From IMG/VR virus record IMGVR_UViG_3300045256_000415: DNA of 64,000 nt; one strand, written 5' to 3'. Below, one piece after another: positions 49,960-59,653 of this stretch; within the stretch, counting starts at the first letter, position 1, and every line of letters begins with the position of its first letter. This DNA is from an uncultured virus (IMG/VR IMGVR_UViG_3300045256_000415). Taxonomy: Duplodnaviria > Heunggongvirae > Uroviricota > Caudoviricetes. The position numbers were made by a program, and so were the translations under genes. The notes beneath the pieces were generated by a model. It was not told where the DNA came from, searched no databases, and worked only from the letters and a program-made list of their open reading frames with translations.

Positions 49960-51708
49960 ATGAGCAAGCGATCGCTGTCGCTGGCAGATAAGCTCGCGGC
50001 CCGCTTCACTCCCGACCAGGATGTGATGGAGGCCACCGACCTCGTATCCAAGGCTACATCCGGTCTGGTCTTCAATTCGAAGAAGGAGTTCGAAGATAAC
50101 CTCGTGGAAGGTGCACTCCTGAATGTGTCGGTCATCGCCAGCCGAGCACTGAGCGTCCCCCAGGGTGAGTATCTGGTTTGGATGACCGACGCCGGCCACA
50201 CCATGCTGGTCCCTACCGCCGAAAAGCGGGGCAACCGCGAGGTCTACGAGCACACCGCCGACGCTTACGAAGTCCAGACCCGCGACCTGATGGCCAACTG
50301 GAACCGGCTAGAGCGGACCATCGCCGAGAACGGCCCACCGCTCAACCAGGGCAATCTCCAACAGGGCGACAATGAAGAGTACCTGCAAGAGCCACCGGAA
50401 GGCGAACCCGGCGACGAAAAAGAAGGGCGGGCCGGAGAGTTTCGCAGCACCATCGACGCCTCGACCGTGGACCGGACCCCGATCATGCGGGCCATGCAGG
50501 ATCGCGGCTTCACGGTGACCTCACTCGCCAACGAAGTTGGCGTGGACCCGCCGGCCATTAGCCGCATCCTCCGGACCCCGAAGGACGTCCAGGGCGACCC
50601 AGGTGGCCGCAACCCGTCGATGGGTCTGGCCAGCCAAATCTGCAACGTACTGCGAATCGACCCGACCGCCGCGTTCCCCGATATCTTCAACCAGAACGAA
50701 AAGTATCAAGCCCGTCAGCAGCCGGGCAACGACGGCTCCGGTTCCCACTCCCACGGCAAGGGCGGCGGGAAGTGGAACCAGGGTGGTAAAAACCTGCCAG
50801 AATCGGTGGGGTTAGGGGACTCGATCGTCCTTCTGGAGGCGACCCAGAACTACCAGACACTGTGCCAAATGATCGCCGAGAGTGGGGTGCCGTTCAACCA
50901 GTTCTGGCATGAGGTCTTCATCCCGACCCTGCTGCGGACGACGGCCCGGTCGAACGCCGCCACGTTGACCGAAAGTCTCATCAACGAGATGTGGCCGTTT
51001 AGCCACGATAAGGCACCGGCTCCGCAGGCGAACACCTCGAACCCGTTCGCGGTGCCGAGCTCTTACCCCAGTTTCTCGCCGGATCAGGGGAAGTTCGATA
51101 ACGCTGTCAAGAAAATGAACTCCCAGATTCTGCCGGCTATTCAGCAGGCGTTCCAGAAGTCTATGAAGACTCTGAAGCAGGATTTACAGAAGGTGCAGAT
51201 GGCGGCTGGAGCCGACCCCAAGATCGCCCCGCACGCTTGGAAAGTGGCGGACCAGTTTTACAAGAACGTGGTCAAGAATGGGATGGAGTGGCTGCCCAAG
51301 TGGAAAGCCCAGCAGAAGGGTACCGGCAACTCCTACGACTCCGCCTACCAGAAGGCCGCGGCAGACTTCCGGGCTCGGGGGGCTCCCGGTGCCGGGGTGG
51401 GTGCTCCGGGGGCGACGGATCAGGACGACTTCAGTGCCGACCCGCTGGCCACGGGGAACACCGGCTTGGCCAGGACCGGCCCGAACGCTATGGCGGTTCC
51501 CGGCCATGGCGGGATGATGCCGGATGATAATGAAGAATTGACCGACGAGCAGATCGAGCAACTTCGGGAGATGTATCGGCAGCGGGTTCGCGGCAACCGC
51601 GGGCTTGGGGCTGGTGGTGGGAACGCCCTGCCGCCGCGTCCGGTCCAGGCTTTCCCAGCTTTGGGGGCGGGCAGCGGTAATGGTAACGCCTTCGCACGGA
51701 GGTCGTAA
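49960..51708 (+). CDS. multidomain protein with an XRE-type HTH
   Basis: RGFTVTSLANEVGVDPPAISRIL...RNPS..LA.QIC.VL; low-complexity G/Q-rich flanks. Confidence 0.75.
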   Translation: MSKRSLSLADKLAARFTPDQDVMEATDLVSKATSGLVFNSKKEFEDNLVEGALLNVSVIASRALSVPQGEYLVWMTDAGHTMLVPTAEKRGNREVYEHTADAYEVQTRDLMANWNRLERTIAENGPPLNQGNLQQGDNEEYLQEPPEGEPGDEKEGRAGEFRSTIDASTVDRTPIMRAMQDRGFTVTSLANEVGVDPPAISRILRTPKDVQGDPGGRNPSMGLASQICNVLRIDPTAAFPDIFNQNEKYQARQQPGNDGSGSHSHGKGGGKWNQGGKNLPESVGLGDSIVLLEATQNYQTLCQMIAESGVPFNQFWHEVFIPTLLRTTARSNAATLTESLINEMWPFSHDKAPAPQANTSNPFAVPSSYPSFSPDQGKFDNAVKKMNSQILPAIQQAFQKSMKTLKQDLQKVQMAAGADPKIAPHAWKVADQFYKNVVKNGMEWLPKWKAQQKGTGNSYDSAYQKAAADFRARGAPGAGVGAPGATDQDDFSADPLATGNTGLARTGPNAMAVPGHGGMMPDDNEELTDEQIEQLREMYRQRVRGNRGLGAGGGNALPPRPVQAFPALGAGSGNGNAFARRS

Positions 51709-52202
51709 TGCGTTCCCAGCAAGTTCGGCTTATTGCCGAGATGATTACCGACGACCCGGATGTGTTCTTCGAAGAAGCATCCGGGATGGCTGCCGGCGGT
51801 CAAGCCGCCGGTGGTATCTCCAAACCCGGCCCGGCAAAACGGATGGCCGACACCCCGACCGCCCAGCCTGGTGGCACCGCAGCAGCCGATGCCAAGCCTC
51901 TGAACGCTACGGAGATTCAGAAACAAGCGGCGGACGATACTGGTGGGGACAACCCCGCTGCCCAAGATGTCATGGCGAACCAGATGAAGGTTCAGCAGGA
52001 CATGGAGAAGCAACAACAGGTAGAACGACAGAAGATCCTCAAGCCTCAGTTCGATCGGTTGAACTCTGCGATGTCTAGGCTACAACAGGGCGTTCTCCAG
52101 GGCAAGCAGGCCGCGACATCAGGTGGCGAACAGTTCGGTGCCCTTGAGAAAGAGATGACTAGTCTGAACACACTTCTCGGCAATATCCAAAAGCAGATGT
52201 AA
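51708..52202 (+). CDS. Gln/Ala-rich coiled-coil protein with TDDPD leader
   Basis: Coupled by TAATG; GGAGG SD. Confidence 0.75.
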   Translation: MRSQQVRLIAEMITDDPDVFFEEASGMAAGGQAAGGISKPGPAKRMADTPTAQPGGTAAADAKPLNATEIQKQAADDTGGDNPAAQDVMANQMKVQQDMEKQQQVERQKILKPQFDRLNSAMSRLQQGVLQGKQAATSGGEQFGALEKEMTSLNTLLGNIQKQM

Positions 52203-52487
52203 GTAATTTACTCACCCCACCGACCCTGACACAGGGTCGTGTGGGTACGCATATCGAACATTGGTGACCAATTGACACAGGTGTCTGTGCGACCCTCTTA
52301 CGTATTAAAGCGCTGGGGTGTATTTCATGAGTGAATCAAAAGACCTAGCTCTGATCGAAGGTGAACGAACTCATCAAATGGTGGAAGTTCAAGAACCGGA
52401 CCCACCGTGCCCTGGTTGACGAGAGCGACACCAAGGCTATCACGACGACAACGACGACTGAACAACCACTACCCAGGAGTACCTGTT

Positions 52488-53792
52488 ATGAGCGACATTC
52501 CTAACAACATCGAGTTCCCGGACGAGCAGAACGCTCCGGCGGTGGAGGCACCGGCGGTGAAGGCCCCAAGCATGAGGTTCGACTATAAGACCTTCCGCGT
52601 TAAGGACATCGGCTTGGAAGTGGCTATGCCCAAGGAGGCGGACCCGGCGGTGACCTACGCCCTCAAGGAAACGGGCGGCTACATGCCGGTCCACGGCGGG
52701 AAAATCGTGACCAAGGTGCTGATCGACGGGGAGCCGTTCGCCCCTACCGGCCGGTTCTGGACCAGCCTCTATGCCCGGTTCGGCCTGAACAACGCCTTCT
52801 TCAAGTTCTTCGACCACGCTGAGGTTTTCTCGCGGATTAGCGAGATCGACAAGAACGACAAGGTGCGGGTGGCTATCGAGCGGAACAAGGACACCGGCGA
52901 CTCCCGGCTGCTGGCCGCGACCGGTCTGAACAAGCCGGTGGTGGTGTACGACGACCTGCTGGACATCCTGCAGTCGTTCCAGACCGAGAAGGGTGGGGTC
53001 CGCTACTACGACGGGGTAGTGGTCAGCACCCACACGCCCCGTATTGGTAAGTCACAGTTTCAGATTGCGGGGGACAAGTTCACCAACAAGTATGAACTCC
53101 ACTGCCCGGTGGACGGGTACGGCGGGCCAGAGGTCTACCTTTCGCTGCTTCGGTGGATTTGTTCGAACGGGGCGGTGGCGTTCGCCAAGGCGTTCAAGAC
53201 CTCCCTAACGCTGGGGTCGGGCGGGGACAACACCCGCTACGCCATCCAGCGGGCTCTCGACTCGTTCACGAACGACGAGGGCTACGCGATGCTCCGCAGC
53301 CGGTTCGAACTCGCTGCCCACTCCTGGGCGTCGATCCGCGAACACCAGGACCTCTACCGGGTGATCCTGGGGTTGCAGAACGACCCGGTTCTGGGCCAGA
53401 CGATCAAAGACTGGCGGAAGGCGAGTTCTGATGACGTGTCGATCTCGGCGGGGAACGCCCTGTTGCGGGCCTACGATCGGTTTCTGGGTGACCCGTATAA
53501 GATCTACAACAACGACCCGAACCTGATGAGCCAGAAGCGGCAACGAACCCTGCCTATGTCGTGCAAGGTGTACGACATGTTCAACTTCGCCACGGAACTG
53601 GCCACGCACCACGTCAGCGAGCGGGGAGCCCGCCAGCTACAGGCGTGGGTCGGCAACATGCTGACCACCGACTACGACCTGGAAGAGTCCTGCGACCAAT
53701 TCGCTGACTGGCGGGACCTGTTCCTGAACGACCTCCGCCAGCAGGAAGCGGCGAAGGCGGCTCGTGCAGACCACAAGCCGACCAACGGCTGA
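52488..53792 (+). CDS. DUF932-like protein
   Basis: DG.GG...SLLRWICSNG, YD.FN..TE..TH; AGGAG SD before ATG at 52488. Confidence 0.7.
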   Translation: MSDIPNNIEFPDEQNAPAVEAPAVKAPSMRFDYKTFRVKDIGLEVAMPKEADPAVTYALKETGGYMPVHGGKIVTKVLIDGEPFAPTGRFWTSLYARFGLNNAFFKFFDHAEVFSRISEIDKNDKVRVAIERNKDTGDSRLLAATGLNKPVVVYDDLLDILQSFQTEKGGVRYYDGVVVSTHTPRIGKSQFQIAGDKFTNKYELHCPVDGYGGPEVYLSLLRWICSNGAVAFAKAFKTSLTLGSGGDNTRYAIQRALDSFTNDEGYAMLRSRFELAAHSWASIREHQDLYRVILGLQNDPVLGQTIKDWRKASSDDVSISAGNALLRAYDRFLGDPYKIYNNDPNLMSQKRQRTLPMSCKVYDMFNFATELATHHVSERGARQLQAWVGNMLTTDYDLEESCDQFADWRDLFLNDLRQQEAAKAARADHKPTNG

Positions 53793-53819
53793 CCCTGAAC
53801 CCCACGAGGACTGACTGCG

Positions 53820-54452
53820 ATGACGAATCTCGATCAACTGACAGAAATCCAGCGGTCGATCTACGACCTGACCGCCCAGGGGCTCCAACCGGCGGAAATC
53901 GCCGGTCGGATCGGCTCCACGGAAGCCCTAGTCAAGGCCAACATCACCCGCATCCGTGGCAAGGGCGTCACGATGCCCAAGCCCGGCGAGCAGCCGCTCC
54001 AACCGCCGCCGAACACCGTGCCGGTGACAAACGTCCTGAGCCAGCCACCGTCCAAGCCCGCCGCGACCGGCGGCAGCGAGAACGACCGGATCGCGGCCAT
54101 GGTCAACCAAGCCGGTGGAGCGATCGACGCCAAGGAACTCGCCGCCCTCGCCGACAAGGTAGCAGGCCGGGCCGTCCGGGACATCCACCCGATGATCCTG
54201 ATGGGGATCACCATCCAGTTCGTCAAGCTGTGCGGCGGGCGGATGATCGCCCACCAAGTCATCGAAGATGTCTACGGTGCCCTCCGGTCGTTCGTCGGCA
54301 ACGTTCAGCCGGACGAGGGTGGTGAAGCCCTGCCGCTGCCCCAGACCGACAAGGAGCGACTGGCCTTCCTGGAAGAGCAGAACAAGGCCCTGCTCGACGA
54401 GATTCGCGACCTGCAGGCCAAAGTCCGGAGCCAGAACGCCGACACGAACTGA
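53820..54452 (+). CDS. HTH DNA-binding protein (LuxR/sigma region 4-like N-terminus)
   Basis: LTEIQRSIYDL..QGL...EIA.RIG.TE..VK..I.RI. Confidence 0.7.
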   Translation: MTNLDQLTEIQRSIYDLTAQGLQPAEIAGRIGSTEALVKANITRIRGKGVTMPKPGEQPLQPPPNTVPVTNVLSQPPSKPAATGGSENDRIAAMVNQAGGAIDAKELAALADKVAGRAVRDIHPMILMGITIQFVKLCGGRMIAHQVIEDVYGALRSFVGNVQPDEGGEALPLPQTDKERLAFLEEQNKALLDEIRDLQAKVRSQNADTN

Positions 54453-54517
54453 CCGCCCAACCATCCCCAGACCCAGTGGTTCGGAGAGTCCCTCCAGGCC
54501 GTTTCGATAGGTGAACC

Positions 54518-54805
54518 ATGGCGACTCGCCTCGAAATCAAGAACTACGAACGCTTCGTCACCCTCGCTCGCTACTTCATCGACAGCTACAACCCCAAGCC
54601 GGACAACATGTCCAAAATCTTGGACATGATCTTGTCCACCCCAGACGAACTCGTGCCCATGGAGTCGAATGGTCGCTACTTCGCTCACGATTTCTGCCTA
54701 GCCGCGATGGCTTGTCTGGACGGTCGTGACCCGGCAAGATGGATGCATCCGGGTTACAAGAAAGTCACGGATTGGATGGTTGAGTGGAAGAAGGCAAATA
54801 CTTGA
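54518..54805 (+). CDS. hypothetical protein
   Basis: 95 aa ORF, AGGTG SD. Confidence 0.65.
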   Translation: MATRLEIKNYERFVTLARYFIDSYNPKPDNMSKILDMILSTPDELVPMESNGRYFAHDFCLAAMACLDGRDPARWMHPGYKKVTDWMVEWKKANT

Positions 54806-54811
54806 TACGCT

Positions 54812-54924
54812 AGTGGCCGACCCCGCCAAGAGTCGGCCACTGACGGCCCTCATGACCCCGCCAAGAGTCACTCAGGCGGAGTAGTCCCGCCAAGGACTAC
54901 TCCCGATGACCCGCCAAGGTCATC
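54812..54924 (-). repeat. array of four hairpins sharing the loop C-UUGGCG-G
   Basis: Stems 54812-21/54832-41, 54853-56/54867-70, 54878-87/54894-903, 54905-11/54918-24, all enclosing CGCCAA on the + strand. Confidence 0.85.
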
Positions 54925-55158
54925 TGCACTATCTACTTTGACAGTAAACAACGGTGACACCAAGTCCACGTCCGCTATCGTCTCCCAATCGCCCGACAAC
55001 CCGCAGTGTGGCGGCACCAAGATGCCAAGTTCCGGGTGCTTCCCTCGGAACCACCGCCGTACCCGCCGGAATGACCCCTGCTTATGGAGCAACTGTTCAC
55101 TCAGAATCTCTGGCATGGCTTCCCTCCTGGAGAGCGGAGTTCTGCCAGATTTTTGGGC

Positions 55159-55695
55159 TTAGAAATGCCTTACTTCCCAGATGGCCAGATGCTGGTTCAA
55201 CATGCCCTGGGGAGTCCTGAACTCAGTGAACTCTACAGCCGCTCCGTCGTAAACTTCCAGCAGATGCTCTAGCCATTCGAGCGATTCTGGTCGCAGGTAG
55301 GCTTGTAGGATAGCCCTCGCTGCCGCCCCATGTACGTGATGCGATTCCTGCAGGAGAGCGTCGGAGAGAGGCTTCTGGACGAACGAATAAGTGAGAGCGA
55401 TATCTGGATTGTAGCAGATTTCGCCCTGAATCAGCCGCTGGTCGTTTGGTGGGTTTTCGAAATAGCGACAAGTGGCAGGTGAAATACCCAATCTCTGGAG
55501 GGTGGGCATGACCTCCTCCAGAGGGACCTCGTTCATGCGAGCGTTGGTCGCACTCCACAGATCGCTGCGGACGTAGACCTTGCCCTTGTAACCAGCCGCT
55601 ACCATTTCTTCGTAGGTGGCCCACGATCGAATGGCATTGCCGAATTCACCGGCAGCGAGCATTCGCTTCATCTGTTGCTTACTGGTGATTTTCAT
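55159..55695 (-). CDS. hypothetical phage protein
   Basis: 178 aa; G.FGN..., IQGEI, VEF...G......IWEVR. Confidence 0.75.
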   Translation of the reverse strand: MKITSKQQMKRMLAAGEFGNAIRSWATYEEMVAAGYKGKVYVRSDLWSATNARMNEVPLEEVMPTLQRLGISPATCRYFENPPNDQRLIQGEICYNPDIALTYSFVQKPLSDALLQESHHVHGAAARAILQAYLRPESLEWLEHLLEVYDGAAVEFTEFRTPQGMLNQHLAIWEVRHF

Positions 55696-55746
55696 GATTC
55701 AACCGACGATTGAACGAGGGCTTCCGCGAGCAGGTAGTAGCCAACA

Positions 55747-57318
55747 TTAATTTCTTAACCTAGCTATCCACCTAGTCTTTTCGCCGTGTGGAACTTTGGC
55801 CAGGTTGTACTTGTTGGCGTATTCAACTTCTGTCATTTTCATGCGTTTAGCTCGATCCCATATTGTTTTCTTGTGGTATTTACCATTGATTGAGACATAG
55901 TGGTAATCGGCCGGAACGATCCCATCATTAACAAACCCGGCGGCTTTGTATACCTTACCAGTATGGTTATAAGTAGCATCGGAGAAACTAACAATGCATT
56001 TTATCTTCTGGGGTAATAAAATCTTTGTTTTGGCAATGAGATAACTAATCAAGTTTTTGCATAACAAATTAGTACGACGGGCAAGACGGGAAATTTCGAC
56101 AACTTCTCCAACATTATATCCCAGTCTCGTTGTTGTTTCCATTCTCATTGGGTAGCAATAACTAATAGCTGCCACCAATTCATCACCAAGATATGCCCCA
56201 TAAACGATGGCTCCTTTCCTGACCGTACCACTATAGTGGAATATCGAATAAAACATTGATGCGATGGTTTCGTCGATTTGCTTGATTACCAACTGTTTCG
56301 GGCGGCATACTAATTTGTTCAAATCCAGACCGTAGGTAGCCAACTTTTGTTCCACTTCCGTGAACGAGGACAGATTTAATTCAGGCAATGGCAATAAGTC
56401 ATAATCGGTATGAACTCTGACGTAAGTTACTTTTTGGCGGTCCCGCATCATCACATTTGGAAGTGAGTGCCAATACTCACCTTGTACTTCTATAATTAAT
56501 GGTTTGGTCATACGTTGTTGTTGCGGGATAACGCAGTCAACAACGTAGAACGGGCCGATTCGAGTTTCTGGTCCTTCTTCATGGAAATCGATACCAGATG
56601 ACGACAGAATATAATATAACTGCTTTTGAGCGGTACTTACCCATCCTCCAGATTGCCGCCTATTGGCGTTGGCTATTTTCAGCTTAGACAGCCAATTTTG
56701 GCGTTTGGTTGGGTCTGATAGAGCCAATCGCGATGCTTTGGTAATAGTTTCGATTCGTTGTCGAAACCACATTTCTTGTTTAGCCCTGTAGTCTGGATTG
56801 GCCCACTGTTGTTTAACTTTATTTGAAATGACTAATTTGGCCTCTGCGGTAGCAATCCACTTACCAAGGCTGTTTTTATAGTTTTCACGCCCAGCTTTTG
56901 CCAATTTTTCTAGATATTCTGGATTGCTTGTCGCTGCGGTTACTTTGGCGACATACTCAGGATCAAGCCAATTGTTCTTAGCAGCGATGGCGATTTTGGC
57001 TATCGATTCTGATTTTAATTTATTGCGAGTGCGAGCATCACGTATGTTGTCGATCATTAAACGAATGGTTTCGTCACTACATCCGAGGCTGGCAGCTATT
57101 TCGTAAGTTGATTCACCATCTCTATATCGACGGTTAACTTCAGTGTAGTCAATGTTGAGTTTTTGGTAGTTCTTTTTGCGAATCGTGATTCCGGCGGCTT
57201 TTAAAATCTTAGCAATGGTTGGCTCACTTACTTTCGTTTGCCTGCTGATTGCGGCAATTGAGATATTAGTTTTATAGAGGGCAATTATCGACTGCTTAAT
57301 ATTTTCTGAGATGGGCAT
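55747..57318 (-). CDS. HTH repeats + Vsr/DUF559-like endonuclease + Mom/Hef-like GNAT domain
   Basis: VDC.I...IIEVQGEYWH...RD..K; FHYSG, EISRLA, IVSFSD...HTG.VYKAAGF; visibly AT-rich. Confidence 0.75.
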   Translation of the reverse strand: MPISENIKQSIIALYKTNISIAAISRQTKVSEPTIAKILKAAGITIRKKNYQKLNIDYTEVNRRYRDGESTYEIAASLGCSDETIRLMIDNIRDARTRNKLKSESIAKIAIAAKNNWLDPEYVAKVTAATSNPEYLEKLAKAGRENYKNSLGKWIATAEAKLVISNKVKQQWANPDYRAKQEMWFRQRIETITKASRLALSDPTKRQNWLSKLKIANANRRQSGGWVSTAQKQLYYILSSSGIDFHEEGPETRIGPFYVVDCVIPQQQRMTKPLIIEVQGEYWHSLPNVMMRDRQKVTYVRVHTDYDLLPLPELNLSSFTEVEQKLATYGLDLNKLVCRPKQLVIKQIDETIASMFYSIFHYSGTVRKGAIVYGAYLGDELVAAISYCYPMRMETTTRLGYNVGEVVEISRLARRTNLLCKNLISYLIAKTKILLPQKIKCIVSFSDATYNHTGKVYKAAGFVNDGIVPADYHYVSINGKYHKKTIWDRAKRMKMTEVEYANKYNLAKVPHGEKTRWIARLRN

Positions 57319-57380
57319 TTGTGTCCTCTGACATATTTTTGCCGAAGGACAAAACATTTGGTGACCGTTGGTGCAACTAA

Positions 57381-59114
57381 TCACCCTTGCCACGTGTCGC
57401 CGTTGAAGAACATCAGACGGGTGCCGTTGTACCAGAAATCCCCGAATGAGGGGTTCCGGCCGAACAGCAACCGCAGCCGTGGCAGCACTTCGTTGTCGTA
57501 GAAGTTCGGATCGGAGCCGACCTGATTGCTATCCACAACCAGCTTGACTATCTGGTGCACCAGACCACCGGAGTAGCCGTAGCGGTCGATGGCCGAGTTC
57601 GGGGTGATCCCAGGTTTGGCTTCCAGGTCGATCTGGTTGCCAGTCCCTTGGTCCTTTTCGGTCACAAAGCGGTTGTCGAACGACGGCGGGATTGGCGTCG
57701 TCCGGCGGCTCGTGGAACCCGTCAGAGCCCGGCTTTGGCCCACGGTGGGAACGTACTTCGGAACGCGGCTGATGCCGAAGGAAGACAGCCGGGTGGCCGC
57801 TACCGAGAACTCCGTGTCGGCCGGGGAATCCACGATCGATTCGAACGAGTCGAAGAAGTCCGCAACTTCGCTCGAAGTGTTATCCCACAACGAGGACAGG
57901 ACCACGTGACCGCGGCCGAAGTGTTGTTGGTACTCTTCACCAGTACCGGTCTGCAGTTGCAAGTCGTCGATCGGTGTGATCTCGACCACTTCACCCTCGG
58001 AGAACGTCCGGGACAGGTCCAAACTGGCGAACTCGATCGGCGTGGTCGAAGGAGCACCGTCTGCGGCCTCGTCGGTGACGTTGTGGGTGGCGAAGTAGAA
58101 TCGTAGCTGATTGGTGCCGGTGCCGATCCGTTCAATCCGGCTGATCCAGACCGGGAAGAACGTGCCGGAGTTGTCGCCAGTCGGCTGATCCCCAGCCGGG
58201 GCGGTGATGTTGAACTCGCGGAACAGACCGGAAGGGATGACGATCCCGATAGTGCTGGTGCGATTCGCCACAGCGTCGAACGGGTAGTTGAAACTGGTCA
58301 ACCACGACTGGATATCGGAGTCGAGTTGCGGGATGGCGTTCCAGGCCGAGTCGGTCAACAGGCCGGTGCCATGCGACAAGCTCAGCGGAGAGTAGTCGTC
58401 GGTGATGTTCGCACCGCCCGGTGCCGAGTCCACGATCTCGTAAATGCCGGGGTTGTCGAAGAAGCCGTCGGAGTCCGAGTCGGTCTGATCTTCTGGAGGA
58501 GCGACCAGATCCAGGAAGGTTTGGGTCTCATCCGCCTCCACGTCCATGGTCCGGAAGATGATGAAGCCAGCAATCGTCTCCTGCTCACCGGGGTTGATGA
58601 CTACCGACTCTTCAGGGCTTTCAACCACGACCAGCCGGGCAGTCTGGTAGGACAGGTTGCTATCGATTAGGTAGTCGGCTTGGAACAGGGCGACTTCCGC
58701 GGTGGAGTTCTCGACAGTGGCGGTAAAAATGAGCCGTAGCCAGCCGGAGTAGCCGTTAGTCTCGCCGTTGGTGCCAGACAGCCGCTTGATCTTGGCGAGC
58801 CGCAATTTCTCCCATTTCTTGGGGAGGCTGGCGTGGAAATCCCAAATCCAGCCCAGCGGTACGTTGGCTTCGTCGGTGCCGCTGCCGACTTTCGGTTGGG
58901 TGAGATATGGGAACAGGGCTTGGTGGCCAAGCCGGACCTGTAGGGCGTCCACCGCTTTGGCGATGACTAGCTGACGGACTGTGATGTCCGCCATGGGCCG
59001 GTTCAGGTTCTCGTAGAAAGCTGGGTCCGAAGGTCGTAGCCAGCGGATTTGCAGGGTTGTGTCATCCCCGGTCAGAGCACTGAACAGCGTGCCCGGAGCC
59101 TTGGTGGGCACCAT
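57381..59114 (-). CDS. large acidic protein, probably virion structural
   Basis: 577 aa, D/S/T-rich, genome-typical codons; ENLNRP near the N-terminus. Confidence 0.65.
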   Translation of the reverse strand: MVPTKAPGTLFSALTGDDTTLQIRWLRPSDPAFYENLNRPMADITVRQLVIAKAVDALQVRLGHQALFPYLTQPKVGSGTDEANVPLGWIWDFHASLPKKWEKLRLAKIKRLSGTNGETNGYSGWLRLIFTATVENSTAEVALFQADYLIDSNLSYQTARLVVVESPEESVVINPGEQETIAGFIIFRTMDVEADETQTFLDLVAPPEDQTDSDSDGFFDNPGIYEIVDSAPGGANITDDYSPLSLSHGTGLLTDSAWNAIPQLDSDIQSWLTSFNYPFDAVANRTSTIGIVIPSGLFREFNITAPAGDQPTGDNSGTFFPVWISRIERIGTGTNQLRFYFATHNVTDEAADGAPSTTPIEFASLDLSRTFSEGEVVEITPIDDLQLQTGTGEEYQQHFGRGHVVLSSLWDNTSSEVADFFDSFESIVDSPADTEFSVAATRLSSFGISRVPKYVPTVGQSRALTGSTSRRTTPIPPSFDNRFVTEKDQGTGNQIDLEAKPGITPNSAIDRYGYSGGLVHQIVKLVVDSNQVGSDPNFYDNEVLPRLRLLFGRNPSFGDFWYNGTRLMFFNGDTWQG

Positions 59115-59207
59115 GCTGGGAGTGATCGTCGAAATGGCTCAGCCCTCCAATTAGCGGCAGCGGCACACTTGATCTTTGCGTTAGTTACTCATCCGTATTG
59201 TAGAGAA

Positions 59208-59495
59208 ATGCTACCCGATCCGGGGCAGACTCAACGACCACGAGCCATAAAACGAACCTTCAAGAAGTACGACTACACTTCCCCTGAAAAGTATCGTCTG
59301 TTCCTCAAGAAAAAGTTCACCACTCTGACGCCGCGATACTACTCTGTGGTATCCGCCGAAGATATCGAGACGGTTGACGGCCCGATGACCGCGATGCGAA
59401 TTGTAACCAACGAGATCGATAATCTCCCGCTACGAACCGATCGCCGAAGTCTGGATCAACGACGAGTACGTATATCTCTGGCGAGATACTGCTAG
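59208..59495 (+). CDS. hypothetical protein
   Basis: 95 aa from ATG at 59208. Confidence 0.5.
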   Translation: MLPDPGQTQRPRAIKRTFKKYDYTSPEKYRLFLKKKFTTLTPRYYSVVSAEDIETVDGPMTAMRIVTNEIDNLPLRTDRRSLDQRRVRISLARYC

Positions 59496-59653
59496 ACCAT
59501 CGCTGTCGATAAAAAATAGGTACATCTAGCAGGGGGAGACTGTTTCGGCTCAAGTCACCCTAGGGCACGGCAAGTTTACCATTGTCCCTGCTCCCTGCAA
59601 TAAAGTGATGTTCCACCAGATCGGACACGAGCCAGTCGAGTAACGAGGAACCC

